Source of the DNA: a virus
Length of the DNA stretch: 64,000 nucleotides
Reading direction: 5' to 3' (one strand)
IMG/VR virus record: IMGVR_UViG_3300032334_001128
Coordinates: 32,001-96,000 of that record
Made by a program: the position numbers and the translations under genes. Of this stretch, positions 43,596 to 53,626 are shown piece by piece (the stretch's first letter is position 1; each line of letters starts with the position of its first letter). The notes under the pieces were generated by a model. That model was not told the DNA's origin. It worked only from the letters and a program-made list of their open reading frames with translations, and made no database searches.

Positions 43596-46500
43596 TGACA
43601 GACTTTCTAGGCACAGAAGTATAGGATCTTATTTAAATTATCTAGATGAAAAATCTAGGTATAGCGAATATAGAACTGACTACTCTAGTGTTATTGCCAC
43701 AAATGCTATTGGTGAATCTTCTTTATCTGAAGAATTATCAATAATTGAAAAAGCTATACAAAGTGGTAACTATATCTCTGGTGAAGCTGGCTGGAGAATA
43801 ACTGGTAATGGTGACGCTGAGTTTGGCAACGTTGTGGTTCGTGGAGACATAACTGCTTACTCCGGTGCTATTGGATATTGGAATATATCTAGTCCGGCTG
43901 TTACCCGTGTAGTTGGAACTACAACACTACTGGGAACCTTTCTTGAGAGCTCTGGTATTGGTGATAATGATGATAGCGTCACGTCAGGCACATACGTAGG
44001 TCTATTTAAGTCTTATTCTCCAGATCCATTTGACGTATCCGTTAAAAGTAGAACTAACAACGTAGCCACTCTTACAATACTTGGTCACGATCTATTAATT
44101 GGAGACTACATAATTGTAGCTTTAGAGGATGACACTACCTTTAACTCTAACGGTGCGATAGTTCAAATCACCGATATTGATTATGAAACAATTAGTTACG
44201 CTAACACTGGTGCTGATGTAGCTAAGTCAGACTCTATTGGCTACGTATATTTCCAGAACAAGGACGTAGCAGGTCTTTACCTTCGTGACTATTCAAAATC
44301 TGAGTTTGATTATGGGTATTTTTCTAATACTGGTATAAAGTATGTTTCAGCTGAAGACGTAAACTTAATTGAAAACCCTAGTTTTGAATATAAAAATGAC
44401 TCCAATGTCATTACATCTTCTACAACATCTTGGTCTCAGGGTACAGGATTAACTTTAGCATCTTTAGATATTAGTTCTATATATTCTAGTGATAGCACTT
44501 ACGGTGGAAAACTTACATGGGCTGGCACTGGGCTATCTACCTATTTATCTTCAAAAATTGACTATTCTTCCGGAAGTAGTTATAGCGTATTTAATTCAGG
44601 AAAGAGTCTTTACCTTGATCTGACAGTTTTTCCTTACTATGTTCCTGTAGCCAAAACTATAAGCTCTATAGCAAGTTGGTCAGTGGGAAGTACTTGGTAT
44701 CTAAAAGTATACTCCACAGCTCACGGATTTTCTGCAGGAGATACTGTATTTTTAGACGTTAATGCTACTTTTACTAAAGATGGTGTAACAACAACCCACT
44801 GTCCGCATACAATTGCTGATGGTACACTTGGATACACCTTTACCGTCCTATCTAGCCCTGCCCCGGCTGCTAATTATTTTTATGTAAATGCAAATCCAAG
44901 TGGAAGTTTTAACGCTCCTGAGCAAACTTTAACAACGGCTTCTGCCACCGGCGTGTCTAAATCTGCTTATAAAGCATATGAAGTTGCTTTGGATTTAACT
45001 GCAATACGGTTTAGATATGAGAACGGTACTACAACCCCAATAACTGATGTTGTATCTATTGCAACAGAAGCTTTATGGAATTCTGGAAAAAATAAATACT
45101 TATTTAGTAATTCAAATGATTACATTTTTTCTTATATTAAGCATCAAAATGACCCAACTTTCGTGGTTGCGCCAATGTATAAAACTGATCCTATTATTAT
45201 TGATGCTGAAAGCCTTGAAACTAGTTACAGAAGCTCTAACATTGATAGTTTAAATGATCAGTTAGATTTTTATTTAGATATTCCTGGCTGGTTGCTTAAG
45301 CACGACGGTAATTACGTAGTTTCTGGTACAAAAGTAACTAATTCTTCTGGAATAGGTTACATTGTAGATAATGTTTTATTGTCAACTGCATCTAATTTTT
45401 TCTATGGTTCTTATCTAGCCACAAATAGTTGGGCTGATGGTAATAATAATCCTGCTCAAGCGTCTATTGAAAGCAGTAAAACTTGGTTAAATGTAGACTT
45501 AGCGAGTCAATCTGCTAGCCTAGATTATTTTGATTACGTTAAGTTTAGAAATAATACTTTTACTAAAACTATGATTCAGCGGCCATCTTTAAGTATGAAT
45601 GATTCTTTAGAATTATATGTACCTTTTTCTGGAAATACTTATGACACACTTACTCTTAGTTCTGGAGAATATCAGTATTTAGCTAGTGAATCTAGTTATA
45701 AAAACATTAACTCTAATTTAAAACTTATAACTGGAGATAATAATTCTCAGTTTGAGCTTTCTACTAGCAGTAGATATATAGATACTACTACTGGGATTCT
45801 AGATTATAGAGTTGCAGCTGTTATATCTGGAAACGTAGAGTCATCATACGGTTCTGAAACTTCTACTATTAGAATTGCTAGCGATAAATTTGTTTGGACT
45901 TATCTACCAGATGAAATGACAACTGATGAAAGAGTTGTTTTTGATCAGGATCATATACTTTTATCTGCTCCTCAAACTACTATAAATGGTGATTTATTAG
46001 TTACTGGAGCTGCGGTTTATGACGGTGGAGCTACCTATTCTGGAGATACTTCTTATCAAAGAATAAGAATTACATCCGTTGATGGTGTTGGAAGCGGTAC
46101 CCAAGGTTTTCAGTTGGGAGCTACTCTTGGCTTAAATCTTCAAATGGATAGAAATAGTATTCAGGGGTATAACAACAGCGTTGCATCAGCTATAGATATA
46201 AATGCTTCAGGTGGATCAGTTAGTATTGGAAGTACCTCATCTGATGTGGAGATTAAAAAACTAACTGTTGCAGGATACGTCACTAATACTTCTGGTGGAG
46301 TACTAGGAACTACTACAACCATTCCTAATGCTGGTTTAACGAACTCTGCAATAACAATTAATGGATCATCAGTGTCATTGGGTGGTTCAATAACAGTTGC
46401 AAACTTTAATGGTTCTGGAACATCAATCACTGGTTTGCAATCTGCTGCTGGTATTGCACTACCTATATCAACTGCAAATAACACTACTGCATCTGGTGCA

Positions 46501-48588
46501 ATCACACTTCAAACTGGTACTTCTTCCACTTCTTCAACTACTACTGGCACATTAACAATCGCTACTGGAAGTCACTCAAATACAAGCAGTGGTCTTTCTG
46601 GTGCAATAAGCATTAAGTCTGGAGATACTACTGGTGCTGGAGGTAACTCTGGTGCAGTGACTATTGATGTTGGAACTGGTTCTGGTACTGGTGCTCCAGG
46701 AACACTGAGCATCGGTAATACAAATGCTAAAATCATAAATCTTGGTTCTAGTGCTAGTGGGACTAAAACTTTAACTATACAACCTAGTGCAAGTACTGGT
46801 ACTAATACAATAGGTATTGGAACAGGAACAGTCTCTACTGGTGCTATGGTCATAAACATTGGTACCGCATCTATTTCTTCTGGAAGTTCTTCTATTACTA
46901 TTGGTGCTTCTGGTGCTACAACTACAATAAATGGAACGCTTGTAGCGTCTGCTCCTGCTGATTCTCTTACAGGCACATCTTTACCTGCTGCAATTACGTC
47001 TGCTTCTGGGTTAGCAACCGTTGGAACTATTGATACAGGAACTTGGAATGCCACTGCAATTGCTGATGGAAAAATTGCATCAGCTCTTACAGGTAAAACT
47101 TACAATGGCCTAACAATTACAACTAGCACAGGTACTTTGACAATTGCTGCTAGTAAAACTCTTACCGTAAATAACACAATTGCAATAAGTGCTACTAATG
47201 ACAGCAATAGCGGTCTTAACATTGGGGGTGGTGGAACATTAGGAAGTGCGGCGTTTACAGCATCTACCGCATATATTTCTTCTACATTAATGACTGCATT
47301 AGGTGACATTATATACGGTGGATCTTCTGGTGCAGCTACTAAACTACTTGGAAATACCACTACTACTAGGAAGTTTTTACGTCAAACTGGTGATGGTACT
47401 AACTCGGCTGTCCCTGCTTGGGACACCGTCACTAAAACTGATGTCGGACTCGGTAACGTAGACAATACTTCAGATGTTAATAAGCCAGTATCGACCGCCC
47501 AGCAGACTGCGTTAGATCTAAAGGCAAATAAAAATAATGCTGTATTTACTGGAACTATGCCATCAGTCACTAGCTCTACTTCTTCAAGTGTTAAGTCTAG
47601 TACTGATTTAGTAAACAGAGCGTACATAGATTCTGTTGTTAATCCAACAACTTGGAAAGTTTCAGTCGTATGCGCGACTACAGCGGCTTTAGGTACTACT
47701 GGTAATCTAGTTGGCGGAACCATCACTACTACCTATAATAATGGAACTTCAGGTGTAGGGGCAACTTTAACTATTGCTACTTCATCGAACTGGACAGCTA
47801 TTACTATTGATGGATATAGTTTTACCACAGGTGATCGTGTACTTATTAAGAATCAAGCATCAGCTTTTCAAAATGGTATTTATACAGTTACAACTAAAGG
47901 AACTGTTGGAACAACTACTTCATTTGTTTTTACTAGAGCAACTGACGCAGACACTTCTACAGAAAATTTTGAAAAACATTCCTTATATGTTGAATCCGGA
48001 ACTAATTATGCTGACAATGCTTTTGTAAATATTATAAATGGTGATATCGTAATGGGGACTACCGATATAGTCTACAGCCTTGGTGTTTTTAATTCAACTG
48101 TCCCAATCTCAGGATCAGGTAGAATTCCTTATACAAACTCTAGTAGAGGGATTACCTACACATACCCATCTTCAAAAACTGGTCAGGTTTTAAAAAGTGG
48201 ATTTGCTTCACCTGGTGCAGATTTAGGTTGGTATGATCCAGTCCCATTTGATATGAAAACTGGAAAAATTGCTTCTGCTGACTGGGATAATGTTGCTAGT
48301 CCAGTTGGTGAAGTGATCGTTACTTTTGATGCTCCTTTTCAAACAGGAGCTGTTCCTAATATAACACTTAGTCCGGTATCTACCTCCACAACTACAATTT
48401 TTACAGTTACCTTAAAATCAGCGCCTACGGCAACTGGTTTTACTGCCATTATTAGAACTTGGAATGGTACAGCTTTTTCAGTTACTACGGCTCCTACTGT
48501 ATATTGGACTGCAGTGCAAGGAGCAAGAATAGTAGGTGATCCATCTAGCACTAATGATGGTAGAACAGACTATGGAGCTGTTGGTTAG
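43588..48588 (+). CDS. Large tail fibre / receptor-binding protein (start probably ATG 43588)
   Basis: S.NY..G..GW.I...G.AEF.NV..RG N-terminal motif, Ser/Thr/Gly-rich beta repeats, the TK.DVGLGNVDNTSD.NKPVSTAQQ.AL and GDRVL+KNQ.....NGIY.V fibre motifs, and a lectin-like C-terminus. Confidence 0.8.
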   Translation: MGSDRLSRHRSIGSYLNYLDEKSRYSEYRTDYSSVIATNAIGESSLSEELSIIEKAIQSGNYISGEAGWRITGNGDAEFGNVVVRGDITAYSGAIGYWNISSPAVTRVVGTTTLLGTFLESSGIGDNDDSVTSGTYVGLFKSYSPDPFDVSVKSRTNNVATLTILGHDLLIGDYIIVALEDDTTFNSNGAIVQITDIDYETISYANTGADVAKSDSIGYVYFQNKDVAGLYLRDYSKSEFDYGYFSNTGIKYVSAEDVNLIENPSFEYKNDSNVITSSTTSWSQGTGLTLASLDISSIYSSDSTYGGKLTWAGTGLSTYLSSKIDYSSGSSYSVFNSGKSLYLDLTVFPYYVPVAKTISSIASWSVGSTWYLKVYSTAHGFSAGDTVFLDVNATFTKDGVTTTHCPHTIADGTLGYTFTVLSSPAPAANYFYVNANPSGSFNAPEQTLTTASATGVSKSAYKAYEVALDLTAIRFRYENGTTTPITDVVSIATEALWNSGKNKYLFSNSNDYIFSYIKHQNDPTFVVAPMYKTDPIIIDAESLETSYRSSNIDSLNDQLDFYLDIPGWLLKHDGNYVVSGTKVTNSSGIGYIVDNVLLSTASNFFYGSYLATNSWADGNNNPAQASIESSKTWLNVDLASQSASLDYFDYVKFRNNTFTKTMIQRPSLSMNDSLELYVPFSGNTYDTLTLSSGEYQYLASESSYKNINSNLKLITGDNNSQFELSTSSRYIDTTTGILDYRVAAVISGNVESSYGSETSTIRIASDKFVWTYLPDEMTTDERVVFDQDHILLSAPQTTINGDLLVTGAAVYDGGATYSGDTSYQRIRITSVDGVGSGTQGFQLGATLGLNLQMDRNSIQGYNNSVASAIDINASGGSVSIGSTSSDVEIKKLTVAGYVTNTSGGVLGTTTTIPNAGLTNSAITINGSSVSLGGSITVANFNGSGTSITGLQSAAGIALPISTANNTTASGAITLQTGTSSTSSTTTGTLTIATGSHSNTSSGLSGAISIKSGDTTGAGGNSGAVTIDVGTGSGTGAPGTLSIGNTNAKIINLGSSASGTKTLTIQPSASTGTNTIGIGTGTVSTGAMVINIGTASISSGSSSITIGASGATTTINGTLVASAPADSLTGTSLPAAITSASGLATVGTIDTGTWNATAIADGKIASALTGKTYNGLTITTSTGTLTIAASKTLTVNNTIAISATNDSNSGLNIGGGGTLGSAAFTASTAYISSTLMTALGDIIYGGSSGAATKLLGNTTTTRKFLRQTGDGTNSAVPAWDTVTKTDVGLGNVDNTSDVNKPVSTAQQTALDLKANKNNAVFTGTMPSVTSSTSSSVKSSTDLVNRAYIDSVVNPTTWKVSVVCATTAALGTTGNLVGGTITTTYNNGTSGVGATLTIATSSNWTAITIDGYSFTTGDRVLIKNQASAFQNGIYTVTTKGTVGTTTSFVFTRATDADTSTENFEKHSLYVESGTNYADNAFVNIINGDIVMGTTDIVYSLGVFNSTVPISGSGRIPYTNSSRGITYTYPSSKTGQVLKSGFASPGADLGWYDPVPFDMKTGKIASADWDNVASPVGEVIVTFDAPFQTGAVPNITLSPVSTSTTTIFTVTLKSAPTATGFTAIIRTWNGTAFSVTTAPTVYWTAVQGARIVGDPSSTNDGRTDYGAVG

Positions 48589-48625
48589 TAATGATAAAAT
48601 TAAGTAAAGTTTTGAAGGATAAGCA

Positions 48626-48754
48626 ATGTACACGATTCTAAAAATAACTACTGATGAAGTAGACAAATTTATTGTATATAATAAACTAACTAATTTAGAG
48701 GTTGCTCGATATTCTACTTATCGTGAAGCATTTCAAGATTTATTATCTAGATAA
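48626..48754 (+). CDS. Small hypothetical protein (42 aa), absent from the ORF track
   Basis: GAAGGA RBS, ATG 48626 and a TAAAAT -10-like element at 48595. Confidence 0.5.
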   Translation: MYTILKITTDEVDKFIVYNKLTNLEVARYSTYREAFQDLLSR

Positions 48755-48756
48755 AT

Positions 48757-48906
48757 TTAATTTTTAGGTCTAGGTTCTTGTCTAGGATCTCTGACAAAGA
48801 CTACTCCTTTATGCTTTAGCTCACAGCACTCGGCTAATTTTCTAACGACAAACATTTGTCTACATACCGTACATTGATATGGATCCTGATACTTATTATT
48901 CTCCAC
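48757..48906 (-). CDS. Small Zn-finger-like protein (49 aa), absent from the ORF track
   Basis: GTG start with AAGG upstream. Translation: MENNKYQDPYQCTVCRQMFVVRKLAECCELKHKGVVFVRDPRQEPRPKN (C-x2-C...CC-x3-H). Confidence 0.55.
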   Translation of the reverse strand: MENNKYQDPYQCTVCRQMFVVRKLAECCELKHKGVVFVRDPRQEPRPKN

Positions 48907-48967
48907 GCGGGCCTTACGGTCGTCGATCTTATAGATTAATTATCTCATCTAACCGGCTAAGTCATAT

Positions 48968-49018
48968 GGTAAATTAGATGTATAAGCTTAAAGTTAAGTT
49001 TATACATCAAATTTTACC
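48968..49018. promoter_or_regulatory. Long imperfect inverted repeat upstream of the recombinase operon (candidate res/operator site)
   Basis: GATGTATAAGCTTA (48977-48990) / TAAGTTTATACATC (48995-49008) with one mismatch, and weaker outer arms. Confidence 0.5.
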
Positions 49019-49074
49019 CAAAAATGATGTACAAAACTGATACATTATTATATAACTAGTTAGGTTCGATAGAA

Positions 49075-49419
49075 ATGATGCCAAAACAGGTAAAAGTTGG
49101 TCTACAAACTTTTAAGATCGTAGAAAAGACTGCTTTAGATGATGGAATGCTAAATGAGGGTAGCTACGGATATACTTTAGAGAATCAAAATCTAATAGTG
49201 ATCGATAAAAATATCCCTAAAAGCAAAAAACAAGTAACGGTGCTTCATGAAGTTCTCCACGCTTGTAGAATGTCGCTTGAAGGCCCTACAAGGCCTAAAA
49301 AGTCTGATGACTACGAAACTTGGGAGCATCATTTCATTGGAATATATGAAAATGCTGTTCTCATGGTGATGAGAGACAACCCTACTCTTTTAAAATGGCT
49401 ATTAGAAGTTGGTGAATAG
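49075..49419 (+). CDS. Small zincin-like metallopeptidase-motif protein
   Basis: YG......+I.I......+....T+LHEVLHA (HExxH); 114 aa. Confidence 0.65.
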   Translation: MMPKQVKVGLQTFKIVEKTALDDGMLNEGSYGYTLENQNLIVIDKNIPKSKKQVTVLHEVLHACRMSLEGPTRPKKSDDYETWEHHFIGIYENAVLMVMRDNPTLLKWLLEVGE

Positions 49420-50071
49420 TTTGACTGAGCCAGGTAAAGCCCTTTTATATGCCCGTGTATCCACCCAGCTTCAGGTAAATGACGGTGTATCTCTCGACGT
49501 CCAGGAAAGACAGCTTATAAGTGCTGCTGGACTAGCTGGATTTACGGACTATGAATTGATCAGGGAAGAGGGTCGCTCAGGTAAGTCAATTACGGGCCGT
49601 CCGGCTCTTACAGCGGCTTTAAAGCGTCTAGACACTGGTGATGCTCAAGCACTGTTCGTGACGCGTATCGACCGCCTAGCCCGTTCTACAAAGGACTTTT
49701 TGAGCATAATAGACCGGGCAAATGCCAATAAATGGCGTCTAGTTATGCTAGATCTAAACTTGGACACAGCCAGCTATCAGGGCCGCTTTGTGGTTACAAT
49801 TATGTCCGCTCTAGCTGAGATGGAACGTGGAATCATTGCAGAACGTCAAAAGGACGTCCATAAGGATCGCCGCGCTCGTGGAATCAAATGGGGCATTGAT
49901 ATGGGTCCTAAAAACAAGACTCCAGAAGAGATAAAAGAACGGATTAGATCTGAACGATCTAAGGGTAAGTCTTTTAGGGCTATAGCTGATGGGTTGAATA
50001 AGGATGGCATACCCACTCAAAATGGTGGAAAATGGTATGCAACCACGGTCAAGAATATTCTAGACAAATAA
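49409..50071 (+). CDS. Small serine recombinase (resolvase/invertase family) with a C-terminal DNA-binding domain
   Basis: Catalytic YARVSTQ, E.G.SG....RP.L, V.R+DRLARS and AEMER..I.ER motifs, and a C-terminal S.R.IA..LN..GIPT..GGKW....V..IL motif. At 220 aa it is too short for a large serine integrase. Confidence 0.9.
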   Translation: MVNSLTEPGKALLYARVSTQLQVNDGVSLDVQERQLISAAGLAGFTDYELIREEGRSGKSITGRPALTAALKRLDTGDAQALFVTRIDRLARSTKDFLSIIDRANANKWRLVMLDLNLDTASYQGRFVVTIMSALAEMERGIIAERQKDVHKDRRARGIKWGIDMGPKNKTPEEIKERIRSERSKGKSFRAIADGLNKDGIPTQNGGKWYATTVKNILDK

Positions 50072-50075
50072 AAGA

Positions 50076-50107
50076 AACCGGATCCTTTTGAGATCCGGTT
50101 CTTTTTT
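50076..50107. terminator. Bidirectional terminator between the convergent recombinase and primase genes
   Basis: AACCGGATC / GATCCGGTT stem followed by CTTTTTT, with an A-run upstream. Confidence 0.75.
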
Positions 50108-50149
50108 GTGTCTCTCCCCGAGATCACATTTATACCTAAGTATCTCTAC

Positions 50150-52765
50150 TTAAAAGTTTCTAGCCATTCTTGTAGCAGTTCCCCAGTCTACTTCAGCAGA
50201 TGGAACTGCTCTAGGTGGGACATATCTACCATGAATTACAGCTGACTTACCTTGGCCTTTAATATCTAAGCCCCGATCATTTAGTTTACGAGTAAATCCA
50301 ATAGTGCTGAGTGGACGTTCTCCACGTTCTTCGCTCCACATTCTATAAATTGCATATAGACCTGATAGCTGAGTTTCACGTTCTGGATCTTCTACAGTCT
50401 CTTCTTCAAGGAATAGGCCAATACGATCCTCATTCTTGCGATACATCTCGGCTGCTTCTGTTACTGCTGAACACCAACCTAGTGGATCTCTAAGAGAAGA
50501 TCCTAAATACTTAATAGCACCTTCAACTGCCCATGCTAGGACAGCTGGAAGACCACCCTCGGGGTCAGTTAGATATGCTTTTAGGTCTGGATCTGACTTA
50601 CCTTTTTCTGGTGCATTCATCCATGGGATAGGACGTAGACGTCTCCACATCGCATCATCATTGATGATAGGTCTGTGGTTTGTTGTAATCCACAACTTAC
50701 CCTGAGCTTTGAATGTAAATGGCTTTTCACCTGGGGAACGACCTTGGATAGTAGATGAACCAGTTAGGTTCTTAACTTGATTTTCGTTAAGACGTTCTGA
50801 TTCAGGAAGCTCGTCTACCCAGATCATACGCTTACCACGAAGCTCGGCCAAGTAGTACTGGTTTGAACTATTTTGTCCACCGCCATTTGCAGCCAGTTGA
50901 TCTGATGGAAGTACACCAGCATATTGGTCAGTACCCATTGCCTTAACAATAGTCTCAACAAAAGTGTTCTTACCGGAACCTGATGGACCATATACAAGGA
51001 ATAGAACGTCTTGATTACTCAATCCAGTCAATGTATAACCAACTGCACGCTGAATCCAGTCTTGTAATTCTTTATCTCCACCGGTAGCAAAGTCAATAAA
51101 CTGCTCCCAACGAACGTTACGCATACCTGGAGTGTAGTTAACAGGAGCACGCTTTGTGATGTGGAGATCTGGTTGACCTTTAAGAAGTTCTCCAGTGCGA
51201 AGATTAATTACTCCATTCAGTACACCGAACAGGTGGTCATTGTTATCCCACTCTTCGACTTCATTTACGATTCGAGGGTCTGACTTAGCACTGTCGATAG
51301 CTGCACGCATACGTGAGTTAGCTCTCGCCTGATATGCCCATTTAACCACTTCACGCTTTTTGTCATCGTCAGAGTACTTGGCTGTTTCAGCCGCAATGAT
51401 TGTAGCTAAGTGCTTAGCAATTTCTTGTGTAGACAAATCTTCAGCATCTGGTTTCCAGTACTGACCGTCCCAGATGAACCAACCGAGTCCAGGTGTGTAA
51501 CGCATCACGTTACCAAATGAGTCAACTAGTCGACGTCCATTACCGATGTCTGAAAGTGATCGACGTTCAGGATCTCCACCCTCTACTTCTGATAGAGCAT
51601 CGGGGTTATTTGGTACGTCGACGTTATTACCACTAAAAGCACCTGATACTGAGACACCAGAGTGTGCAGCTGCAGAGATTGCTTCACCAATTGTATTTTG
51701 CATACGTGGAGATGGAGCTCCTGGGTCAACTGGAGTTGTGGTAACTCTAGGGGTACCCGACCCTGTGCCATCTACCGGTCTTGAAGCCCAGGCGGTTAGA
51801 CCTGGATACATAACTTCAATAATCGGGTTCTCAGCTACAAAGTCAATAGCACGGCGAACGTGCATTAGTAATCCACCCTGTCCCTCGATTTCTAGAGGTG
51901 GACGAACCTTTTCGTGATTAAAACGGATCATGGTTGTTTCAATCATCAAACGTTTTTCAGGAGTATCGACTCCAAACTTATTTGCAAGGGCGCATGTTAG
52001 TTTGTAGATGTCTACGGCACGTGAACCTTCATCGATTCCGTCTTCAAGCATCTTAGTAATATCTACACGCTCACCTTTGTAGTCAAGACCGCTCATCCAG
52101 TCCCACTCGCCATTACCTAGAGCTGTACCACTTCTACGTGCACGCTTTCTAATGACTTGTAAAAGTTCTTCTGGAGCTTCAGCAATCTCCATTTGCCATG
52201 GAGCATGACCGTCTCTCCATTCGTACTCAACACCAGATGCGTGACGAGATGGGGCAAGCATTACGTAACCGTTATGTTTGATATCAATGCCCGGAAGATC
52301 GGTAGCTTTTAGGTTTCCCTGGAACTGCTCACCCTCGGAAACTTTAAAGTATAGGTGGCGACCACGTGCAGTTACACCATTGTATGTATATACACCTGTA
52401 TATGCTTCAACGGTTGGAGGTAGGCAGTAGTTAAGCTGCTCTTCAAGTGTTTCAAAAGATGCAACACCACCAGAACGTGGGTCAATGTCGATAACAATAA
52501 AACCTGATGCCTGACAGTAAACACCAATATTGTTCTCTGATCCTTTTGACCACCAGTTATCCACGGTCTCTAAATTATCCGTAGCCTGTGTGTTCCAGGC
52601 ACCAATCACAGGGTGCTTACCAGCATCTTTAGGCTCACCGTGTGGCCCTCCACAGGTACAACGTCCACCTGAATTAATTCCGTAGCATGGTAGAAGTTTC
52701 CACCCGTGTCCCGCATACCACTGGGCTCCAGCGGATAGTTTGTCGGCATGAGTTCTGTCGTTCAT
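50150..52765 (-). CDS. Bifunctional primase-polymerase fused to a D5-like SF3 helicase
   Basis: N-terminal Prim-Pol motifs (NIG, VIDIDPR, GRHLYF, DIK..GYV..APS.H) and a C-terminal P4/D5 helicase region (SDIGNG.RL, GPSGSGKNT Walker A, DEL Walker B, TN..P). Confidence 0.9.
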   Translation of the reverse strand: MNDRTHADKLSAGAQWYAGHGWKLLPCYGINSGGRCTCGGPHGEPKDAGKHPVIGAWNTQATDNLETVDNWWSKGSENNIGVYCQASGFIVIDIDPRSGGVASFETLEEQLNYCLPPTVEAYTGVYTYNGVTARGRHLYFKVSEGEQFQGNLKATDLPGIDIKHNGYVMLAPSRHASGVEYEWRDGHAPWQMEIAEAPEELLQVIRKRARRSGTALGNGEWDWMSGLDYKGERVDITKMLEDGIDEGSRAVDIYKLTCALANKFGVDTPEKRLMIETTMIRFNHEKVRPPLEIEGQGGLLMHVRRAIDFVAENPIIEVMYPGLTAWASRPVDGTGSGTPRVTTTPVDPGAPSPRMQNTIGEAISAAAHSGVSVSGAFSGNNVDVPNNPDALSEVEGGDPERRSLSDIGNGRRLVDSFGNVMRYTPGLGWFIWDGQYWKPDAEDLSTQEIAKHLATIIAAETAKYSDDDKKREVVKWAYQARANSRMRAAIDSAKSDPRIVNEVEEWDNNDHLFGVLNGVINLRTGELLKGQPDLHITKRAPVNYTPGMRNVRWEQFIDFATGGDKELQDWIQRAVGYTLTGLSNQDVLFLVYGPSGSGKNTFVETIVKAMGTDQYAGVLPSDQLAANGGGQNSSNQYYLAELRGKRMIWVDELPESERLNENQVKNLTGSSTIQGRSPGEKPFTFKAQGKLWITTNHRPIINDDAMWRRLRPIPWMNAPEKGKSDPDLKAYLTDPEGGLPAVLAWAVEGAIKYLGSSLRDPLGWCSAVTEAAEMYRKNEDRIGLFLEEETVEDPERETQLSGLYAIYRMWSEERGERPLSTIGFTRKLNDRGLDIKGQGKSAVIHGRYVPPRAVPSAEVDWGTATRMARNF

Positions 52766-52807
52766 AACTTTCCTTGTCTATGTCTATATCGATAAATTTA
52801 AATTACA

Positions 52808-52879
52808 CCTAAAAGCTAATTTTGTCTAATTGACACACTACCTGAAAAAGAGACAGGTATCCCAAAATCAGCTTTTAGG
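52808..52879. other. Nested inverted repeat in the divergent intergenic region upstream of the primase gene
   Basis: CCTAAAAGCTAATTTTG (52808-52824) / CAAAATCAGCTTTTAGG (52863-52879), 16 of 17 matching, enclosing TACCTG/CAGGTA. Confidence 0.55.
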
Positions 52880-52935
52880 GGAATAGGTTACAATTATACG
52901 AGAAACAATCTCCCCTTATTTTTGTTTAGGAAATT

Positions 52936-53274
52936 ATGACTCAAGAGCTAATCCTCAGTATAGCAGCCATATTCAGTGGAATTGGCGTAATATTTGGCGG
53001 TGTACTATCCGTCTATAAGATCTCCAAGCGTATTGACTCCGCCATTGGTTTAGATAGTAGCGGTAGAACTCTAGCTGAAAGATTAGAGCGTGTAGAGAAC
53101 CAACTTTGGGAGAATGGTGGATCTTCACTGGCGGATAGAGTAAACGTTATTGAAAAGCATACCGTGAAAACCTCGGCAGAAGTAGAACTCATAAAAAACT
53201 TAATTATTGCTAGCACTGGTGCGCAAGTAACTGCTGTAGAAACCCCAGTTAAAAGACGTAGAAAAGCTTCGTAA
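52936..53274 (+). CDS. Membrane-anchored protein, possibly lysis-associated
   Basis: One N-terminal TM helix, a coiled coil and an NGGSSL.D.V motif seen in actinophage membrane proteins. Confidence 0.55.
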   Translation: MTQELILSIAAIFSGIGVIFGGVLSVYKISKRIDSAIGLDSSGRTLAERLERVENQLWENGGSSLADRVNVIEKHTVKTSAEVELIKNLIIASTGAQVTAVETPVKRRRKAS

Positions 53275-53354
53275 TACATCGGTGTAGTTCTATGGATTAT
53301 AGATAAGTAATCCGCTAATATTGAAAAGACAAATACGCATCGAAGGGATCCACT

Positions 53355-53624
53355 ATGTCGCTATCAGATCGACTAAACTCTGCAATCAATGCCACACCTT
53401 CTCGTAAGTGTAAACTTATGATTATCCTTGATAGTGAAAAGCTTACTGACGAGGACAGAGCAACCTTTACCTCACTACTGAATGTTCCAGACGGTAATCC
53501 TTCTAGAGTTAGTAATGTAGTTTTAGCTCAGGTTCTTAGAGATGAAGGTTTTGATCTATCAGATAGTGCAGTTGATAGACACCGTCGTAAATCATGTAGC
53601 TGTAGCCGAAACTTGGGAGAGTAA
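53355..53624 (+). CDS. Small Cys/His protein with an HTH-like region
   Basis: CK+...S...+..+L...G..+S...+.RHRR..CSC pattern; coupled to the phosphoesterase gene. Confidence 0.65.
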   Translation: MSLSDRLNSAINATPSRKCKLMIILDSEKLTDEDRATFTSLLNVPDGNPSRVSNVVLAQVLRDEGFDLSDSAVDRHRRKSCSCSRNLGE

Positions 53625-53626
53625 AA

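Noticed and set aside
49409-50071. Serine recombinase as an integrase proving lysogeny
   Set aside because: At 220 aa it lacks the large C-terminal region of serine integrases, and no repressor or attP could be identified.
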